A stretch of 54,125 nt of DNA from a virus (IMGVR_UViG_3300048834_001323:1-54125), one strand, 5' to 3'; numbered from the stretch's first letter, positions 1 to 10,615 are shown. A program made the numbers and translations. Notes: generated by a model from the letters alone, not told the origin.

Positions 1-357
1 ATGATTTGGGGTTCAGAAATTGTTCACGAATCGTCTCTGTCCGTTTTGTTAATTTTTTGCGGTTTGTTCTTAGTGTTTTCCCCGCCTGTGCTGGCGGGGC
101 CTGTAGGACTAATGGCGAGAGATTTGATACCCCAATCTTTTCAGGGGTTATTCATTTTGGCTTTAGGTGTTTTCAGGATATATGGGGTTATTTATCAGAA
201 TCCAAAAGTCAGGGTCTCCGCAGCCGCTACCTCTGCGTTTTTATGGTTATCGTTTTTTTTGATGAGTATTGGTTCAGTGCCTCCCGGCATTGGAAGCCCG
301 ATGTATTTATGGCTTGCTCTTAACTCTTTGTTCATCATCTTTAAGATTAAAAAATAA
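1..357 (+). CDS. Multi-pass membrane protein, candidate holin
   Basis: 118 aa with about 4 hydrophobic segments and a basic C-terminus (KIKK); follows the endolysin if the genome is circular. Confidence 0.5.
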   Translation: MIWGSEIVHESSLSVLLIFCGLFLVFSPPVLAGPVGLMARDLIPQSFQGLFILALGVFRIYGVIYQNPKVRVSAAATSAFLWLSFFLMSIGSVPPGIGSPMYLWLALNSLFIIFKIKK

Positions 358-368
358 AAAGGAACAAC

Positions 369-752
369 GTGTCCGAAGAACTCATCATCGCTTTAAGTAA
401 AGGCTTCGGCGGATTGTTGACCCCCTTAAACTCGATTCTCATTGCTTTTATCACGGTTTGCGGCACCCTTCTTTTCAGAAGGCGGTTCACGCTTCAGGAT
501 CGCCGTCAAAGCAGGGAGGATCGTTGCGAAAGGCTGGAGATTGGTTACAACATACTCAGGGAGTGGTCTCAGTCAAATTTTAGAATGGTTTGCCGCATTG
601 CCCACCTTCGGGAAGAGGGGCGGGTTGATGATAAATACGTTTCTAATCGCGTGATGGAAATAGCGGCTCTCGCTCCGCCTTACGCCAGATTGGATGATTA
701 CATACAAACCGGCGACGGCTTGGAAGAAGTTGGGGAGCAGCCGAAGGGTTAA
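369..752 (+). CDS. Membrane-anchored protein, possibly lysis-associated
   Basis: GTG start after AGGA RBS; one N-terminal hydrophobic helix followed by a charged domain. Confidence 0.5.
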   Translation: MSEELIIALSKGFGGLLTPLNSILIAFITVCGTLLFRRRFTLQDRRQSREDRCERLEIGYNILREWSQSNFRMVCRIAHLREEGRVDDKYVSNRVMEIAALAPPYARLDDYIQTGDGLEEVGEQPKG

Positions 753-756
753 AAAC

Positions 757-1623
757 ATGGCCGGAGGCCAGCAAAGCATGGGAAGGCGTAAAAAAGAAGA
801 AGATTGGATTGATGACGAAGACGGGGCGATTATTCCTCCCGGCTCTAAATCTGTGGGCGACACGTCGCTGCACGAGCCTCTTCTTGGTCAAATACCACTA
901 AGCGCGCCAGTGCGATGGATTGACTGCATGGACGAATGCCCTTACCCTAATCCTGAAGTTGAGTTCATTCGCTCTCCGTTTCCCATTTCCCTTTCTGTAT
1001 TAGCCGCCAGATGGGAGGGGCTGTTCAAGATTCACGAAATCGAGCAGTTATACGCCTGCAATATGTGGTCGATGAAGCGTTCCCAGTATTGGGACGAAAT
1101 CAATAAACAGGTGCTTGACACCTACCAGACTGAAGATGCTCAATTCCACGTCCGGCTTCTTAAAGATGACATTCGCCGCTTCAGCAACATCCTCGACCGG
1201 CTTGACGGCGATCTCACGCAAGGCGTGGAATATCAGAAAGCGCGTGGAGGCGGCGGCTTTGGCTACGTCAAAATGCCCATGACGGTCGATAGCATCGTCA
1301 AACTGTCCAACGCCGCTGTCAACGTCTCCAACCTTCGGGCCACGCGCGCCGGTATCGCTACCAAAATCACGCGCGAAGAAAAAGATATTGGGAAGAATAT
1401 CAAGGAAGTTCTCGACAATCGCCGCGCTACTGATGATGAGGCTTACAAGGACTTGATCGAGATCGCTCAGATGGGAGGCAGGATATTCGATTCAGGAGAA
1501 ACTGAAAGTGGCGTCCCGATTCGGGATGTAACAGCCGAAGCGCGCGTGATGCCTAACGGTGAGTATTCCGTTGAGGACGAAGAATTGAAGCGCATTCGGG
1601 GTGACTATGGACAATCTGAATAA
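757..1623 (+). CDS. Hypothetical protein, terminase small subunit by position
   Basis: Long ORF directly upstream of and overlapping the large terminase; ATG at 757 preferred over 694. Confidence 0.45.
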   Translation: MAGGQQSMGRRKKEEDWIDDEDGAIIPPGSKSVGDTSLHEPLLGQIPLSAPVRWIDCMDECPYPNPEVEFIRSPFPISLSVLAARWEGLFKIHEIEQLYACNMWSMKRSQYWDEINKQVLDTYQTEDAQFHVRLLKDDIRRFSNILDRLDGDLTQGVEYQKARGGGGFGYVKMPMTVDSIVKLSNAAVNVSNLRATRAGIATKITREEKDIGKNIKEVLDNRRATDDEAYKDLIEIAQMGGRIFDSGETESGVPIRDVTAEARVMPNGEYSVEDEELKRIRGDYGQSE

Positions 1624-3244
1624 CGAGCCGGTGTCCAAGCAAGTTGCGGCGGCGATGGTGGCGGGGCAGCGGCGTTTTGACTGGGTTCGCAGTTACGTCG
1701 ACATCTCCGCCGCTTCCGGCGACCCTGAGTCCACGACGCTCAATCCGAATCAGATATTCACCATTCTCGACCACCATCAATATCAGGTGGCTGAAAAGGG
1801 CAGGCAGGAAGGCCACTCGTTTGGCTTTTCTTTGGACTCTGTGGCCGGTTCGGTTATTGAGCCGCGCTCACGCCACGTTCACATTTCAACTGACAAGTGG
1901 GAAGCCCAAAACAAACAGGTTTACTGCCTCAACATTCTCGACTCCCTCCATCGGGAAACAAGGCAATACGCGCGTATCAAAACCGAAAGCAAAGAGCGAA
2001 TCGAGTTTGTCAACGGCGCGATGATTGACTTTCTTGCCTGCCGCCCTCCGCGCGGTGTTCCGCGCGCCCGTATCTATCTTGATGAAATTGCCTTCATGCC
2101 GAATGTGCTGGCGATCCTTAAAGCCTCCATCGCGGCCACGTTGCATGGCGGCTACATCCGCGCTGGCAGCACACACTTCGGCGTTGGCACCGAGTTTTAT
2201 CAGATGGTGCGGAATACCGCGAACGAAGCGGGGCGCAAGCCATACGACCCCTGGCACAGAGGCTACTTTCCCTGGTGGACTTGCCCGAATTTGTGCGTCG
2301 ATGTCAATCGCGCCATTCACGAAGCTCCGGGCATGGCGACCGAGGAGCGTGTAGAAAAATTTGGGAACTACAAGCTCAAGATGGTCTTTTCCGGCTACGC
2401 TCTTGTAGAAGACTTTCAGGAAGAAATGGAGTGCATTGCCTGCGACTTACTGCATTCGTTCTACCCCATTTCTCTCATTCAATCCTGCCATCCCCTGAAT
2501 CCTGATTCGCATTGGTTTGAATACGTGGAATGCAGCGGGGCCGAAGTTGATCCATTAGAACCGGCTAAAAATGCAATTCGCCTGCTGGCGCGCGAAATAA
2601 AAAGTAACAAGATCAACGGGCAGTGGTATTGGGCGATGGACATCGGGCATACCCATGACAAAGATGAAATTACGATTGGGAACCTTGACAAAAAAATTCT
2701 CTCTCCGCGCGTGATGATCTCCATGTCCCGGATGCCGTTCGAGAAAAAGGAAGAGCTAATTCATTATATGATGGAGCAACTCCCCATTCAGTTGGGTTTG
2801 ATTGACTCGACCGGCATGGGGACGCAGTTGGGTCAGAATATGAATGCCCGATACGGGGAAAAGGCTGCGCCTCTGGTATTCGACAATAACAACAAAGGCA
2901 TCATGGCGAATGACTTGAAGATTATGATGGAGGGTAGCTCGATTGTGATCCCTGTTCTTAGCTCTTTGGTGCGTCAGATTCACGCTATCAAGAAAACTGT
3001 GACTCGGCACAAGCGAGAGGTTTATGACGTGGAGGAAAACCGTGAGCATCACGGCGACAAATTCTGGAGCCTTGCAATGTTCGCTTCAATGGCGGCTTTG
3101 ACACCGGCCAAGTTTTCCTTTCCGATTATCGTCACCAACACATCTCAACTTCATAGTATCCCTTCGGTGCATTCGTATAAAAGAGGAAGCATTGGTCAGA
3201 CCTATCATCCTCATGGTATTATTATCAAGTCGAATCAAAATTAA
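1601..3244 (+). CDS. terL: Terminase large subunit (Mu gp28-like)
   Basis: KGRQEG Walker A variant, IYLDEIAF Walker B, nuclease motifs WAMDIG, IDSTGMG and HGDKFWSLAM. Confidence 0.88.
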   Translation: MTMDNLNNEPVSKQVAAAMVAGQRRFDWVRSYVDISAASGDPESTTLNPNQIFTILDHHQYQVAEKGRQEGHSFGFSLDSVAGSVIEPRSRHVHISTDKWEAQNKQVYCLNILDSLHRETRQYARIKTESKERIEFVNGAMIDFLACRPPRGVPRARIYLDEIAFMPNVLAILKASIAATLHGGYIRAGSTHFGVGTEFYQMVRNTANEAGRKPYDPWHRGYFPWWTCPNLCVDVNRAIHEAPGMATEERVEKFGNYKLKMVFSGYALVEDFQEEMECIACDLLHSFYPISLIQSCHPLNPDSHWFEYVECSGAEVDPLEPAKNAIRLLAREIKSNKINGQWYWAMDIGHTHDKDEITIGNLDKKILSPRVMISMSRMPFEKKEELIHYMMEQLPIQLGLIDSTGMGTQLGQNMNARYGEKAAPLVFDNNNKGIMANDLKIMMEGSSIVIPVLSSLVRQIHAIKKTVTRHKREVYDVEENREHHGDKFWSLAMFASMAALTPAKFSFPIIVTNTSQLHSIPSVHSYKRGSIGQTYHPHGIIIKSNQN

Positions 3245-3252
3245 AAAATACC

Positions 3253-4689
3253 ATGCCTACACCTGAATCAGTCGTTATTGTCGATGAGCAAGTGAGCCGC
3301 GCGGCCAGTCCGACGACCGACGTTCTTCCTTTGCGCTCACCCTGGCAGTCGAAATACGGATCGCCAAACCTCTTGCCGCCTCCGCTGGAGCTTGGTAACG
3401 CGCCCTGGAATATGCCCGAAGACTTGAAGTGGGCCATGCTCCGCGACCCGCAGGTATTCGCCGGTTATATGTTATGGAAGACCGCTATTTTAGTAGACGG
3501 CGTGCAGATTCACCCGAATGCCAACATCAAAAAAGGCTCCAAGCGATTTGAGTTGGCGCGCGAGATAGCGGCGTTTTGCTTGTGGAACCTCAACAACATG
3601 AGAGGTGGTATTCACAGCAAGCTGCTTCAACTTCTCGATTCGTGTATTCAAGGGCAAAAAGCCGCCTCTCAGGTTTATCGCTTACAGAACTCAAAGCGGC
3701 TTCGTGAATACTTCCCCAACCTCCCGACCGGCAACGTCCTAACGCTGGATTATTTGCGCGTAATGCCGAATGATTCTTATCGGATTCGCACCGATGATTT
3801 TGGCGTCGTGGTCGGGTTGCAGGACGTTAATTCATCCGGCGAAAAAGACATCTATCCGATCTCCAAGTTCACGCATTGCGTGTTCCGGCCTTATGACGAT
3901 CATCCGCTCGGCACCAACATCCTGTGGCCTGCCTATATGCCCTGGTATGAAAAGCAGCAGATCGCGCCGGAGCGCTTGGCAAACATGACGCAGTTCGGCT
4001 CCCCGTCCTTCGTCGGTATCACGCCGGAGGGCATTAACAGCGTGGCGATGCTCGATCAATACGGTCAGCCAATGATTGTTGACGGCAGGCCGGTAGAAAT
4101 TCCCATCAACGCACACATGATGCAGGCCTTGCAGAATTTTCAAGGCAACGGCAACGCTACGGTTATTCCCTATGGCGGCGACCTGCGAAAGATTGAAGCA
4201 GCCAACGGCGGCGAGATATTCCGTTTTTATTCAGATGATAAGAACTTGGAAATAATGAAAGCTATGTTCTTTACCGCTAACTGGACGGAGCAAACTAAAA
4301 ATCCTTCTTCCGCTCAAAGCAAGGCTGGACAGGGCATTGGCGCGTTTTCGATTCAGGATGGAAAATACAACCTGGCCGATGCAGTCGAGGAATCGCTGCT
4401 TTACAACATGACCGTGATGAATTATGGGGAAGAAAACGAAGACCTTGTTCCCGACATTGCCTTTGGCACCAGTCGGCAGGAAACTGTTTCTTTAGCCAAT
4501 GCGGTCGCGGCTTTATGGTCAACCGGATTCTTTGACAACACGCAGCGCGTTCAGCTTTGCAAGGACTTGGGCCTGCCGGAGCCTGACCCCGATCAGCCGC
4601 CGATTAACCCGAACACTCCGAATAAACCAACCGGGAATGTCGATCCAGCAGGGGTCGGCAAGGATAATAGCGATGAAACAGACGACTGA
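3253..4689 (+). CDS. Portal protein (DUF935/Mu gp29-like)
   Basis: 478 aa after terL; P-x-G-x-x-I-L-x-P-A-Y-x-P-W-x-x-K and QFGSP segments typical of this portal family. Confidence 0.82.
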   Translation: MPTPESVVIVDEQVSRAASPTTDVLPLRSPWQSKYGSPNLLPPPLELGNAPWNMPEDLKWAMLRDPQVFAGYMLWKTAILVDGVQIHPNANIKKGSKRFELAREIAAFCLWNLNNMRGGIHSKLLQLLDSCIQGQKAASQVYRLQNSKRLREYFPNLPTGNVLTLDYLRVMPNDSYRIRTDDFGVVVGLQDVNSSGEKDIYPISKFTHCVFRPYDDHPLGTNILWPAYMPWYEKQQIAPERLANMTQFGSPSFVGITPEGINSVAMLDQYGQPMIVDGRPVEIPINAHMMQALQNFQGNGNATVIPYGGDLRKIEAANGGEIFRFYSDDKNLEIMKAMFFTANWTEQTKNPSSAQSKAGQGIGAFSIQDGKYNLADAVEESLLYNMTVMNYGEENEDLVPDIAFGTSRQETVSLANAVAALWSTGFFDNTQRVQLCKDLGLPEPDPDQPPINPNTPNKPTGNVDPAGVGKDNSDETDD

Positions 4690-4781
4690 AAACATGGTCA
4701 ATAGTCCATACTTTATTTTTGATAAAGAATTTATGGATAAAGTCGAAGAAATAAGAACTAATACTGAGGAGAAAAAAGATA

Positions 4782-6269
4782 ATGAGCATTCCCGGAATGT
4801 CGCAGGACAAGTGCAAACAAAGATCGCGCCTCGCCGCTCTAAGATATGATGTCAACGCCGTCCCGCTGCGCTTCATTGGCTCCAGCACCAGGCAGGCCAA
4901 CGAAGATTTTATGGAGTTAAAGACGGTCGGCAAGCTGCCCGAATCGAATGATTCGATCATGCGTCTCATTAACTCCAAACTGCCTGAAGGTTCTCCGCCT
5001 TTGACTTCCGATCAGGTGTATGTCCACTTCCACGAAGCGGCCAACAACAACTTCGTCTCGGATCGCTCGATGCACATGAGCGAGAAGACCTTGAAGAATA
5101 TCGGGCAGGATGCGGCGGCAGGCGTGGCATTTATGAACTCGCACCGGACTGGCGGAATGTCCAGCCCCTCCGAGCTTCCTTTTGGCCGCACCTTTGCCGG
5201 TCAGTATCAAGAAGGCTTTGACGATAACAAGCGCCCGATCCGTCGCTCGATCATTGGCGTGTATATGCTCAAAGGCACTCATCCCAATGGTCAGAACGGC
5301 CCCTCGACTGATGACTTGCATCAGGGCATCCTCTCCGGCACTATCTTCGACATCAGCGTTGGCTTGAGCGGCGGGGAGTATATTTGCGAGGTATGCAGCA
5401 ACCCTTTGAACGCGCGCGATGATGATGGCGAATATCTCTGCAACCATTATCCTGGCACCCACATGGGCATGACCAAAGAAGAAATACTTGCCCAAAAGAA
5501 AGCCGATCCGCAAAACACAAAAGGGCTGGCTTCTTATTTACTTGATGACGCGCATCTCAACGAAAGCTCTGCCGTTTACGATGGGGCCGTCCCCGGCGCT
5601 GGCATTAAGAAGGTAATGAGCTTCGCGCAAAGTTCTTCGATCAGTAAAGAGCAATTCCGCGAGTTGGTAACGGAGGCTTATCAGGAGTTCGGATCGCTCT
5701 TGCCGTTTGACATTTCAGAAATTGTTACATTAAATTTAGAAGGGGATTGCCAAACCAACGGGGAACATGATACAATCCCTTCCAATGGAGAAAAGTTTAT
5801 GAACAACGAAAACCAAAACGAAGATTCGCAGGAAGAAACTCAAGAAGATGAAGTCGAGGTTGTTACCGAAGATGAAAGTCTCGAAACACCCGATCCGGCT
5901 CCGGTTGCGGAGGCTCCTGTAGTCGAGACCGCTCCGGTTGCAGGTAAGCAAAACAACGCCAACAAGCATGGCCGCGCTGCGAAGTATTTCGTGGAGTCTC
6001 ATTTGTTGTCTAATCGTATTCTGCCTACCGAGTCCGAGTCGTTGACTAACCTCTATCTCGCCTGCGCCGAGCATGGCATCGAAGATGAGCTTGAAGCGTT
6101 TGTGGAAGCGCGTCCCGGCCATAAATTCACCAACGATGTCATCGCGCCTCGGCTGGATGGGAAGAATTACTCCACCCCGACCTTACCTCAAGATGCAGAA
6201 GATGCGTCCATCGAACAGGCCCGTAAAGACACCTCAAAGTTCTTGAACGGCGACAAAGCTAAAGTCTAA
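4782..6269 (+). CDS. Prohead protease with C-terminal scaffold region
   Basis: NSH, DISVG, CEVC..CNH and ESSAVYDGA motifs, then an acidic low-complexity C-terminal part. Confidence 0.72.
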   Translation: MSIPGMSQDKCKQRSRLAALRYDVNAVPLRFIGSSTRQANEDFMELKTVGKLPESNDSIMRLINSKLPEGSPPLTSDQVYVHFHEAANNNFVSDRSMHMSEKTLKNIGQDAAAGVAFMNSHRTGGMSSPSELPFGRTFAGQYQEGFDDNKRPIRRSIIGVYMLKGTHPNGQNGPSTDDLHQGILSGTIFDISVGLSGGEYICEVCSNPLNARDDDGEYLCNHYPGTHMGMTKEEILAQKKADPQNTKGLASYLLDDAHLNESSAVYDGAVPGAGIKKVMSFAQSSSISKEQFRELVTEAYQEFGSLLPFDISEIVTLNLEGDCQTNGEHDTIPSNGEKFMNNENQNEDSQEETQEDEVEVVTEDESLETPDPAPVAEAPVVETAPVAGKQNNANKHGRAAKYFVESHLLSNRILPTESESLTNLYLACAEHGIEDELEAFVEARPGHKFTNDVIAPRLDGKNYSTPTLPQDAEDASIEQARKDTSKFLNGDKAKV

Positions 6270-6334
6270 GACCTTCTTTTGGTCGCAGTAAAAGTCGCAC
6301 ACAAATAAACGTAGAATTTAACGGAGAAGACGAA

Positions 6335-7105
6335 ATGGGCAACGGAATTTTTGCAGAAGAACTGCCGGGAACCGGGACGCTAACTCAGGTTTTCGCTAAC
6401 GCGACCGGGATGCGTCAAAAAGTCGGTGGCGTTACGATTGACTGGTCGAAGGTCGCTGCTGCGGGAGCGGATGTTACATTCCCGGACGGCACCAAAATTT
6501 TGGCCGGTAAAAAATACTTGCGTTACGGCACGTTCATCGCCAAAATCACGCAGGTTGAAGTCAACACCGTCACCGTCGATGCGACGGGTGGCACCTTCAA
6601 GATTGGTGTTACGATTCGCGGCGTCACCGAGACAACGGCGGCGATTGTCGAAAACGCGACTCAAACGCAAGTTCAAACTGCTCTGGACGCGCTGTATATC
6701 GTTCAGCAGAATGGCGGCGTCACTGTCAGCACCGCTGGCAGCGTCCACACACTGACCTTCAATCAGCAGGCCGGTAACGTCACGGTCACAACTGACGCGG
6801 CATTGTTGACGGGTGGAGCGGGAACCGCAGCGGTCGTCGTCACGACCAATGGTGATGCGAATGCGGGGATGTATGGCCCGTATGATTCGACTGCTACCGA
6901 TGGCCGTCAAAACCGCAATCGCGGCGAGATTTTCTTCATCAACAAGACGGTGTTGGAAGATGATGAGATGTCGAATCATCCTCCGGCCTACGAAGGCGGC
7001 AACGTCTTTGTGGCGCGTCTTGATTTAGGCTCGGCTCCAAAACTGACTCGCGCTCAATGCGACACGGTTTTCCCGGACTTGAAATACACCTCGACCGCCA
7101 ATTAA
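6335..7105 (+). CDS. Head decoration protein with inserted surface domain
   Basis: Between scaffold and capsid; GKKYLRYGT..KIT / YGPYDSTATDGRQ flanking a T/V/A-rich insert. Confidence 0.7.
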   Translation: MGNGIFAEELPGTGTLTQVFANATGMRQKVGGVTIDWSKVAAAGADVTFPDGTKILAGKKYLRYGTFIAKITQVEVNTVTVDATGGTFKIGVTIRGVTETTAAIVENATQTQVQTALDALYIVQQNGGVTVSTAGSVHTLTFNQQAGNVTVTTDAALLTGGAGTAAVVVTTNGDANAGMYGPYDSTATDGRQNRNRGEIFFINKTVLEDDEMSNHPPAYEGGNVFVARLDLGSAPKLTRAQCDTVFPDLKYTSTAN

Positions 7106-7170
7106 ATTAGTTGCGCTTTTGCGCTCCAGCACATTCTCTATCGTATAAATTCACAGAACAGGAAAATCAA

Positions 7171-8313
7171 ATGAACTCAGCATTAGGTGTGGGTTGGAGC
7201 GCCGCTCTTACTCAAAAACGTCTTCAGGCCATTGTCGAAACAATCACTGCCGAACAACGCGCGGATAACCGGCTCGTCTTTCTTGGCCGCACTCCGATCA
7301 CGCCGTCCACCAACAAAGAGTTGATGGGAACCTTTGAAGGCGAGACGTATGCCGCCGACCTGATCATGGACGATCAGGCCGCAGTCGTGCATGATGTCGG
7401 CAAGTTCCAGTTCCAGAAGTCCAACATTGCCAACTTGAAACATGGTTTCTTGATGGGTCAGGAGCAAATCGAAGAACTGGAATACCTGATGATGCAGGAC
7501 GGCGGGGTTGGCAGCTTTGCGAATCAGTATTTGGCGCGTAACTATGCCCGTTTGATTCGCGGTATCCAGCATCGTTTGGAAGCCTTGATCGTTTCGGCTT
7601 ACCGCGACGAAACGGTTTACAACCGCTACGGCATCATCATTCGCGGCACATGGGGCATGCCAGCCGACCTCAAGATGGACGTGGAAACACCCTGGGATGA
7701 CGTAGACAACGCGACTCCGGTTGACGACTTGCAATACATGAAGAACGAAGTCGCGCCCGACATGGAAACCGAGTTTGATCGCGCCACCATGTCCCGCCGC
7801 TCGTTTGGTCAAATGGTTCGCACGAAGAACTTCCAGGACAAAGCCCGTATCATTGTCGGCACCGGCTTCAATCTCAACTTCGACATCCCGGACAATGCGT
7901 TCCCCAATGCGTTCGATGATCGCATGGTGAGCATGGCTGAAGCGGTTGTCGGCATGAGCTTTGAAATCTACGACGCTGGCCTCAAGGTCAAGAATGACGA
8001 TGGCTCCGTTACGCGCCATCGCACGCTGCCGCACAACGAAGTCATTCTTTCTTCTCGCGCCGTAGACAACAACCCCGAAGCTCTTGACGTGGGCAACGCG
8101 ATTGTGACGGAATCGTTGATGGCGGAATACGTCAACAACACCATCGTTGGCGGTCTGCCGAATCGCGTAAGCGGCCCCGTTGCCTACGCCGCGCCGACGA
8201 CTGCTGACCTGAACCCTCCGGGCATGACCGGATGGGGCGTGCAGCGCGCTTTCCCGCGCAAGTGGGACAAAGTGGCGACCGGCCTGATGCGTATCGGCAC
8301 CAGTCCTACCTAA
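7171..8313 (+). CDS. Major capsid protein (phage capsid E-like, HK97 fold)
   Basis: 380 aa after the decoration gene; WGMPADLK..PWDD..NATPVDDL segment; start at ATG 7171 after AGGA. Confidence 0.8.
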   Translation: MNSALGVGWSAALTQKRLQAIVETITAEQRADNRLVFLGRTPITPSTNKELMGTFEGETYAADLIMDDQAAVVHDVGKFQFQKSNIANLKHGFLMGQEQIEELEYLMMQDGGVGSFANQYLARNYARLIRGIQHRLEALIVSAYRDETVYNRYGIIIRGTWGMPADLKMDVETPWDDVDNATPVDDLQYMKNEVAPDMETEFDRATMSRRSFGQMVRTKNFQDKARIIVGTGFNLNFDIPDNAFPNAFDDRMVSMAEAVVGMSFEIYDAGLKVKNDDGSVTRHRTLPHNEVILSSRAVDNNPEALDVGNAIVTESLMAEYVNNTIVGGLPNRVSGPVAYAAPTTADLNPPGMTGWGVQRAFPRKWDKVATGLMRIGTSPT

Positions 8314-8351
8314 GCTGTTTCGCACCGAGAATAAAAAGGAGAAGTCCATAG

Positions 8352-8705
8352 ATGCCTAAAACACGCGCAGAAATCTTGGCTACCATCGCAGAAGGGCGTT
8401 CACAGATGGTAGTCATCAACGGGGAGCGACACCGCTTCACTAAAGCCGAAGACGTTCCCTCGGATGCTATTTTATCCGCAGGGAACCCGGAGGCTATCGA
8501 GCAGGCTGAAAAACGCTTGAACGATCAGCAGGAAGCTCTTGACAAAGAGCGCGAAGCCCTCCGCGAAGAAAAAGAACGCATTGCCGCAGCCGAGGCCGAA
8601 GCTGCTAACGATTTCGTCATCCTCTCTGATGAAGAAGTTGCAGCACTCCCATCTAAAGAGCGCAAGGCTTACGAGAAAGAATTCGACAAGCATCTCGGTT
8701 CGTAA
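8352..8705 (+). CDS. Hypothetical coiled-coil protein
   Basis: AAGGAG RBS; E/K-rich; lies after the capsid gene. Confidence 0.65.
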   Translation: MPKTRAEILATIAEGRSQMVVINGERHRFTKAEDVPSDAILSAGNPEAIEQAEKRLNDQQEALDKEREALREEKERIAAAEAEAANDFVILSDEEVAALPSKERKAYEKEFDKHLGS

Positions 8706-8721
8706 TTGTTTTTAGAAGTCA

Positions 8722-9453
8722 ATGACACCAACAGAAATTCAACGGAAGGCGTTACTCGAAGTGGGCGATCTCGGTGAGAACGCTCTCTACGAGCTACGCC
8801 TTCCGTTGTCTATTTCTGCGGGTTCATATCCGCTGACTTTTGCGGGGCTATCGACCGAAGAGATCGCTTTTAATGCCGCGCCGGAAGATGTCAAAGAAGC
8901 GTTGGAGGCACTTGATAATATCCGCGCCGGTAACGTGGATGTATGGGGTGCGCGGCGAGGCCCTTACCGCATCGCCATGATAGGCGAGATGGGCGAGTTG
9001 GCCCTCCCGGTAGAGGATTATCCATTTACCGGAGTTGGCACCGGCCTCACGCCTGCTGGCGCTGTAACGGTCACGCAGATTAAGAAAGGCTACGCTCCTT
9101 CTTTGGCCTCTGAGGTTATTACTTCTTATTCCGTCAGGGAGTCCAAAGGAAGCGAAGATTTAATTCTCCTTTACGTCAAGCTCGATCTTTATAACATCCT
9201 CGTTCCGCGCGCCGCGCGTTTGGTTGATACCAATGAGAATGATGTTGATCGCAAGCTCCGCCAAAAATATCTGAACTTGCAGTATGAGCGCGATGCGGTT
9301 CAAAAAGCGATCAATGCAATGGAAGCCGGGAACGCCGCCTTGACCGACACGCAGGAAAACTTTCGGATTTACACAGGGCAGATTATCAAGCGCACGCCTA
9401 ACAATGCGCCTTATGGCAAAATGGTTCGGATGCCGGATGGAACATACCGATGA
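8722..9453 (+). CDS. Putative head-tail adaptor with inserted surface domain
   Basis: Neck position; contains EIAFNAAPEDVKEALEAL-type insert. Confidence 0.55.
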   Translation: MTPTEIQRKALLEVGDLGENALYELRLPLSISAGSYPLTFAGLSTEEIAFNAAPEDVKEALEALDNIRAGNVDVWGARRGPYRIAMIGEMGELALPVEDYPFTGVGTGLTPAGAVTVTQIKKGYAPSLASEVITSYSVRESKGSEDLILLYVKLDLYNILVPRAARLVDTNENDVDRKLRQKYLNLQYERDAVQKAINAMEAGNAALTDTQENFRIYTGQIIKRTPNNAPYGKMVRMPDGTYR

Positions 9454-10040
9454 ACGCCAACTTAATAGATCGCAGTCTCAATAATGAGAGCTTTGCGAAC
9501 GAGCCGGAACCGGCCTTTCCGATGCTGGCTCTGACCAGAATTATTCCGTGTGAAGTATTGCGGAATTTTTCTACATCTGACCCGACTGGCGGCGCGCGTA
9601 ATGTTCTCTCGGTAAAAGGAAGTTATACCGCGCGCATCGGAAGCAGGCTGACCCCAACCGAGCGTGATTTTGACCAGAGCCTGTTATCAAGCTCTCAGTA
9701 TGTGATGGGCCTTCCTCTTGAAGCTGACGTGGTTCCTTCTGATAGGATTGCAGTCCCCGGACTGATCGCAAGATGGGTCGCCGGTAAAACTTATGCCGTA
9801 GGTGATTTAGTTATCCCCGTTACCAACAAATTGGGGATGCGCCGCTACTACCGATGCACCTCTGCCGGAGCTTCCGGCGCAAGTGAGCCTGCGTGGAAAT
9901 CAGAAACCTCTTCTCTGGTCACTGACGGTTCTTGCGTTTGGCGCGAAGCAGGCGAAGCGATTATGTTTGAAGTGAACGGGATGATAGATCAGATTACGGG
10001 TGGACATGAAATGCTGCTCCACGTTACGGAGGTGTTGTAA
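9450..10040 (+). CDS. Putative head-closure protein with CBM5/12-like insert
   Basis: ATGA overlap; WVAGKTYAVGDLV..YYRC..W module inside the ORF. Confidence 0.55.
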   Translation: MNANLIDRSLNNESFANEPEPAFPMLALTRIIPCEVLRNFSTSDPTGGARNVLSVKGSYTARIGSRLTPTERDFDQSLLSSSQYVMGLPLEADVVPSDRIAVPGLIARWVAGKTYAVGDLVIPVTNKLGMRRYYRCTSAGASGASEPAWKSETSSLVTDGSCVWREAGEAIMFEVNGMIDQITGGHEMLLHVTEVL

Positions 10041-10576
10041 TGGCTGATAGCCGCGAAGTTAATCCCGAAACACCTTCTATTTTTATCCGTCAGGCGCTTA
10101 CTTCGCCCGATCCCGACTGGCCCTGGCCTGTTTTTATGAAGACTCAATCTAATGAGGCGTCTGCCGCATTGGTAGCCGAGCATAAGGACAGGTTTTGGCC
10201 CGACCTTAACGTGGATGACGATCCTGAGTTTCCTCATGTTTTATGGCAGGCAGTTGATCCAGAAACTCTCACTTTTTATTCGCCAAGAGGGGAGCATGAG
10301 ACCAGACAAAAAGCAGTTTATTATGTCTACTCAAGAAGAAAATACCCCTCCGGCGAAGCGACTTATTGGGAGTTTCAATCTGCGTATGCTAACATGAGAA
10401 AGGCTTTGTTGGCAGTTCCCGAAACTCCGGTGATGGTAGAAGATGTTCTGATTGGTTATATTACTCAATGCCGCACCATTCCCGGTGACGGTTTGTGGCG
10501 AAGAAGCTACAAGCTCACGCCGCAGGGCGCGACGATTGCAGAGTATGGCTTGAAGCTCGAAATAACGTATAATTAG
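10040..10576 (+). CDS. Putative tail terminator/completion protein
   Basis: TAATG coupling; lies just before the tail tube gene. Confidence 0.45.
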   Translation: MADSREVNPETPSIFIRQALTSPDPDWPWPVFMKTQSNEASAALVAEHKDRFWPDLNVDDDPEFPHVLWQAVDPETLTFYSPRGEHETRQKAVYYVYSRRKYPSGEATYWEFQSAYANMRKALLAVPETPVMVEDVLIGYITQCRTIPGDGLWRRSYKLTPQGATIAEYGLKLEITYN

Positions 10577-10615
10577 TTGGCCCCGTCAGGGAAATTTAAG
10601 GAAAGGTATAAAAAA

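Noticed and set aside
4673-4849. Small ORF between portal and protease
   Set aside because: Short, overlaps both neighbours and has no recognisable motif; cannot be supported
7183-8349. 388-aa antisense ORF
   Set aside because: Shadow of the capsid gene arising from codon bias
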